In this document: piece after piece, positions 26,026-29,002 of the stretch | Layout of the letters: every line of letters starts with the position of its first letter | Position numbering within the stretch: the first letter of the stretch is position 1 | Assembly (NCBI GenBank): GCA_038279365.1 | Contig: JAYODI010000074.1 | Coordinates: 1 to 29,002, forward strand | Length of the DNA stretch: 29,002 bases | DNA from: Candidatus Latescibacterota bacterium | GTDB taxonomy: Bacteria; Latescibacterota; UBA2968 | Direction: 5' to 3' | Translations under genes and position numbers: made by a program | Notes under the pieces: generated by a model | Database searches by the model: none | What the model was told of the DNA's origin: nothing | Seen by the model: the letters and a program-made list of their open reading frames with translations, nothing else

Positions 26026-26568
26026 ATGGCCGAATCGTGGAAAGAATTGCTTCACTTTCGTTGCACCTGTTGTGGCAACTGTTGTCGCGAGCCCATTGTG
26101 CTGGTAACTGACGAAGACATTCGCAGAGTACAAGCACACACAGGACAACCTGCATATGAAATTGTCGATTTTTATAAACCCAGCGAAATTGCTTGGGAAA
26201 AAGACCAACCAGGGTGGGTGCGTTTAAAATCTGGGCGACGTATCATGGGCTTAAAACGTACTGAAGAAGGATGCCAATATTTAGGTGAAGACGATTTATG
26301 CAGCATCTACGAACACCGTCCCGTCACTTGTCGGCGGTATCCATTTGATCTCGAAATTGCCGATAATGGCAATATTGAACTGCTCAGCATCAGTCAATCC
26401 GTAGAATGTCCTTATGAGTTAGACGGTGAAAACAACCTGTCCGAAATAAAAGCCATGGCCGATTGGGAAGAAAAAGAAGAAAACCCCTACTTTGAAAAAT
26501 TGGAACAATGGCACGAACGCAAAAAAACCGGTGGAAAAAAGAAGTTTCTAAAATTCCTCGGTTTTTAA
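26026..26568 (+). CDS. YkgJ family cysteine-cluster (CxxCxxCC, zinc/iron-chelating) protein
   Basis: FRCTCCGNCC, GCQYL....CSIYEHRPVTCRRYPF, ECP; TAAGGAG RBS. Confidence 0.9.
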   Translation: MAESWKELLHFRCTCCGNCCREPIVLVTDEDIRRVQAHTGQPAYEIVDFYKPSEIAWEKDQPGWVRLKSGRRIMGLKRTEEGCQYLGEDDLCSIYEHRPVTCRRYPFDLEIADNGNIELLSISQSVECPYELDGENNLSEIKAMADWEEKEENPYFEKLEQWHERKKTGGKKKFLKFLGF

Positions 26569-26590
26569 AATCAAAGTGTAAACATCAAAT

Positions 26591-26628
26591 AAAAAAGCGC
26601 ATCGTCATAGAGACGATGCGCTTTTTTT
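26591..26628. terminator. Bidirectional intrinsic terminator
   Basis: AAAAAAGCGCATCGTC-ataga-GACGATGCGCTTTTTTT between convergent genes. Confidence 0.92.
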
Positions 26629-26646
26629 ATAAAAATAAGATGTGAT

Positions 26647-27006
26647 TTAAGCGACAAGACGATTGGACAAAAGTGACTCAACCTTTTCAACAAGCTCACC
26701 CATTAAAAAAGGCTTGGGCAAAAAACCATCGGCCAGCAAACATACCCGATCGTTATCTATTAAATGTCCAGACATCATCAAAACAGGCGTCTGTTCTTCT
26801 TGGGTCTGCATATGCAACAACAAAGCTTCACCATCCATAACAGGCATTTGCATATCAGAAAGCACCAAATCAAATGTCGATTCAGCTAGCATACCAACAG
26901 CTATGGCACCATTTTCAGCCGTTTCAACCACATGATGTCGGCTTAAAATACGCGATACAATTCCCCGGATCCCTTCATCATCATCAACAACCAGAACACG
27001 TGCCAT
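26647..27006 (-). CDS. Single-domain response regulator (CheY-like)
   Basis: VLVVDDD, LVLSDMQMPVMDG, MMSG, FLPKPF; 119 aa. Confidence 0.92.
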   Translation of the reverse strand: MARVLVVDDDEGIRGIVSRILSRHHVVETAENGAIAVGMLAESTFDLVLSDMQMPVMDGEALLLHMQTQEEQTPVLMMSGHLIDNDRVCLLADGFLPKPFLMGELVEKVESLLSNRLVA

Positions 27007-27152
27007 GTATAAATCCTCACCAAAAGGCGCATATATTTTAATACTTATGACAACTTATGGGGAGAATTAACCCACCTGGGGTAGATAGGCACACGTCGAA
27101 GAACGTGATATTTACAAGATAGGACATTCACAAATATAAGGTCAAGGAAAAT

Positions 27153-27914
27153 TTATTTAACCCAATACCGTTTAAGGCGACACATCAACAAATAAACCCT
27201 ATAACTGTGTCGTAACAAAGGTAACTTGCCCCATCCGATACGATACTTGCGTCGAATATGCCACATGGCCAAATCTCTGTCTTCGTTTCGACTGATATTG
27301 TGGCTGTGTATCCGATACCGAAACAAGGGTTCAGGCACATAACAACCATATCCACCATGTTTTAAAACAATGTTTAACCATAGGTCCCAATCTTGATACC
27401 GCCGCAACTCTTCATCAAAACCCGAAAACCAAGTCGAGCGAATCAAAGCCGCCAAGTCGATATAATTACCAGTCAATAAACGATCTTTATCAAATTCTCC
27501 AACATGCACCTGCCCCATAGGATGAGGATACCAGTCGGCATCAGAGTCCAAAAAATTGATGCGGTCACAATATGCAAATGCTGCAGTCTGATCTTTTTGA
27601 AGCCCTTGATACAATTGCGCCAAAAACGTGGGCATCATCACATTGTCAGCATCAAAAAACGTGACATACTCACAGACCATTTGGGCAAAGCCAAAATTTC
27701 GCGCCCGATTGCCATTTCTAAAATCGACACGGAAATAGCGCACACCTTCAAAACCCCTTACCACATCTTCTGCATCATCATCACTGGCATCGTCAACCAC
27801 CACCACATCATTGGGCTTAATGGTTTGGGTCACGACCGATTCCAAACACGCCTTCAAATACCGACCATAATTATGCGATGTAATCACAACACCAATATCT
27901 GCATCCATTGCCAT
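27153..27914 (-). CDS. Glycosyltransferase family 2
   Basis: VVITSHNYGRYL..CLESV..QT, VVVDDASDD, ARNFG, FFDAD (DxD), FDEELRRYQDWDLWL. Confidence 0.92.
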   Translation of the reverse strand: MAMDADIGVVITSHNYGRYLKACLESVVTQTIKPNDVVVVDDASDDDAEDVVRGFEGVRYFRVDFRNGNRARNFGFAQMVCEYVTFFDADNVMMPTFLAQLYQGLQKDQTAAFAYCDRINFLDSDADWYPHPMGQVHVGEFDKDRLLTGNYIDLAALIRSTWFSGFDEELRRYQDWDLWLNIVLKHGGYGCYVPEPLFRYRIHSHNISRNEDRDLAMWHIRRKYRIGWGKLPLLRHSYRVYLLMCRLKRYWVK

Positions 27915-28883
27915 TTATGTCTGTTTCGAAAGTTGGAGCAATGCAATTTGATATTTCAAATTCTGTAACGCATCTGTCTCCGACACCCAAATATGTCCAC
28001 CCTCGCCTTTTATTTTTTTTGCAAAATCTTCAATCAAAATATGCATAAAATCGTTGCACAAAATGGCGTGGTCACCACGCGTTAATTTTGCTCGATAAAC
28101 ACCCCCCTCATCGGCATACCCTTCCCAATCGACATGAAAACCATTCACACCAAAACGGCGTTTGGGTATGCCCGCATCAATATCTCGCAAAATGATGTCA
28201 ACAACACACCTTTTGTCTTCAAACACCATGTCAAAATGTGCCCGATTCTCACGCTCAGAAATAACACATTGCGCCGTTTTCCAATCTATTTCATAATCGG
28301 GTAAAAATCCCATCGCCAAACTCAACGGATGAGATGCCAAATCTATCCAGATATCATCTCCAAACTTAGGCCCTTTTCGGCCTTTCACTTCCATTTCCAT
28401 ATAAACAGAGGTCACATCTTCCCATTGACCCCGTTCTTGTATATAAAAATTTCGATATATTGGAATGGAGGCAGGATATTGGGCCGACATCGCCAATAAA
28501 TGTGCACTTGCCTCAACCGCGGCAACAACCGCCTCGCCATCTGCAACAATCTCATCACCCGACTTTGCAATATCCCAACACAACGGTTTTTCGCAAATGA
28601 CATGACATCCAGCCTCTAAAGCCTCCTCAACATGAACCCGATGCAATTGAAATGGACTGCACACATCAACGATATCGGGTTTTTCTTTTTGAAGCATATG
28701 TGTCAAATCGGTATAAAAGCGTCCAGAAAACCCAAAATATTCGCGCAATCTCAATGCCGTCTTTTCACAAGACGCCTGGGATGTCCCCACAAAAGCAACC
28801 ACATCAGCCCCAGACAAATGGTGCCAACGTGCATGATGTTGACCAATGCCACTGGCACCTATTACAGCAACCTTTAACGCCAT
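27915..28883 (-). CDS. Gfo/Idh/MocA family oxidoreductase
   Basis: KVAVIGASGIGQHH, PDIVDVCSP, HVICEKPL, DLASH. Start placed at ATG 28883 after GGGAGG. Confidence 0.88.
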   Translation of the reverse strand: MALKVAVIGASGIGQHHARWHHLSGADVVAFVGTSQASCEKTALRLREYFGFSGRFYTDLTHMLQKEKPDIVDVCSPFQLHRVHVEEALEAGCHVICEKPLCWDIAKSGDEIVADGEAVVAAVEASAHLLAMSAQYPASIPIYRNFYIQERGQWEDVTSVYMEMEVKGRKGPKFGDDIWIDLASHPLSLAMGFLPDYEIDWKTAQCVISERENRAHFDMVFEDKRCVVDIILRDIDAGIPKRRFGVNGFHVDWEGYADEGGVYRAKLTRGDHAILCNDFMHILIEDFAKKIKGEGGHIWVSETDALQNLKYQIALLQLSKQT

Positions 28884-29002
28884 TCCAAACCTCCCAAATC
28901 CACGAAAAATATCAAAAAACCACATCCAAGATACAGCAAAGGCCACATTGGGCAACCTTTTCAACCACAAAACCGTTTTTAAAAAACAAAACTTAAACAA
29001 AC

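Noticed and set aside
27111..27126. TTTACAAGATAGGACA as another TGT-N10-ACA-like enhancer site
   Set aside because: Single imperfect copy with no -24/-12 promoter upstream of the response regulator.
1..29002. Short overlapping and antisense ORFs in the track; tRNA, rRNA, CRISPR, IS or prophage elements
   Set aside because: The ORFs are shadows of well-supported genes with no RBS or motifs. I saw no spaced repeats, cloverleafs, terminal inverted repeats or mobility genes, though a covariance-model search was not possible.

Overview
Bacterial chromosomal window of housekeeping and metabolic genes, with about 30 CDS and no recognisable rRNA, tRNA, CRISPR array, transposase, integrase or phage gene. 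Gene content (DUF4837 lipoprotein, HhH outer-membrane protein, Bacteroidota-type orphan GroES, several Gfo/Idh/MocA oxidoreductases, FGE-sulfatase-domain proteins) suggests an FCB-group diderm such as Latescibacterota; this is inference. The + strand block (0.3-14.5 kb) holds a DUF151 nuclease, a TPR/periplasmic-binding protein, a ComEA-like HhH protein, sbcD-sbcC-alr, ahpC, DUF4837, DUF502 and an FGE-domain protein. The mostly - strand block (14.5-29 kb) holds an FGE/GroES-like/membrane operon, a PhoX-like phosphatase, a tightly packed nine-gene run from TauE to a REC-REC-HisKA protein, a YkgJ protein, a response regulator, a GT2 and a Gfo/Idh/MocA enzyme. I found no unmistakable new multi-gene system. 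The best leads are: (1) a complete sigma54 promoter with tandem TGT-N10-ACA enhancer sites upstream of a 62-aa orphan gene; (2) a second sigma54 promoter embedded in a terminator-like hairpin before the HhH protein; (3) a GroEL-less GroES in an operon with membrane proteins; (4) an in-frame TGA at codon 10 of a TauE gene; (5) a 52-aa membrane ORF missed by the ORF track. All family calls come from motif recognition by eye, not database searches.
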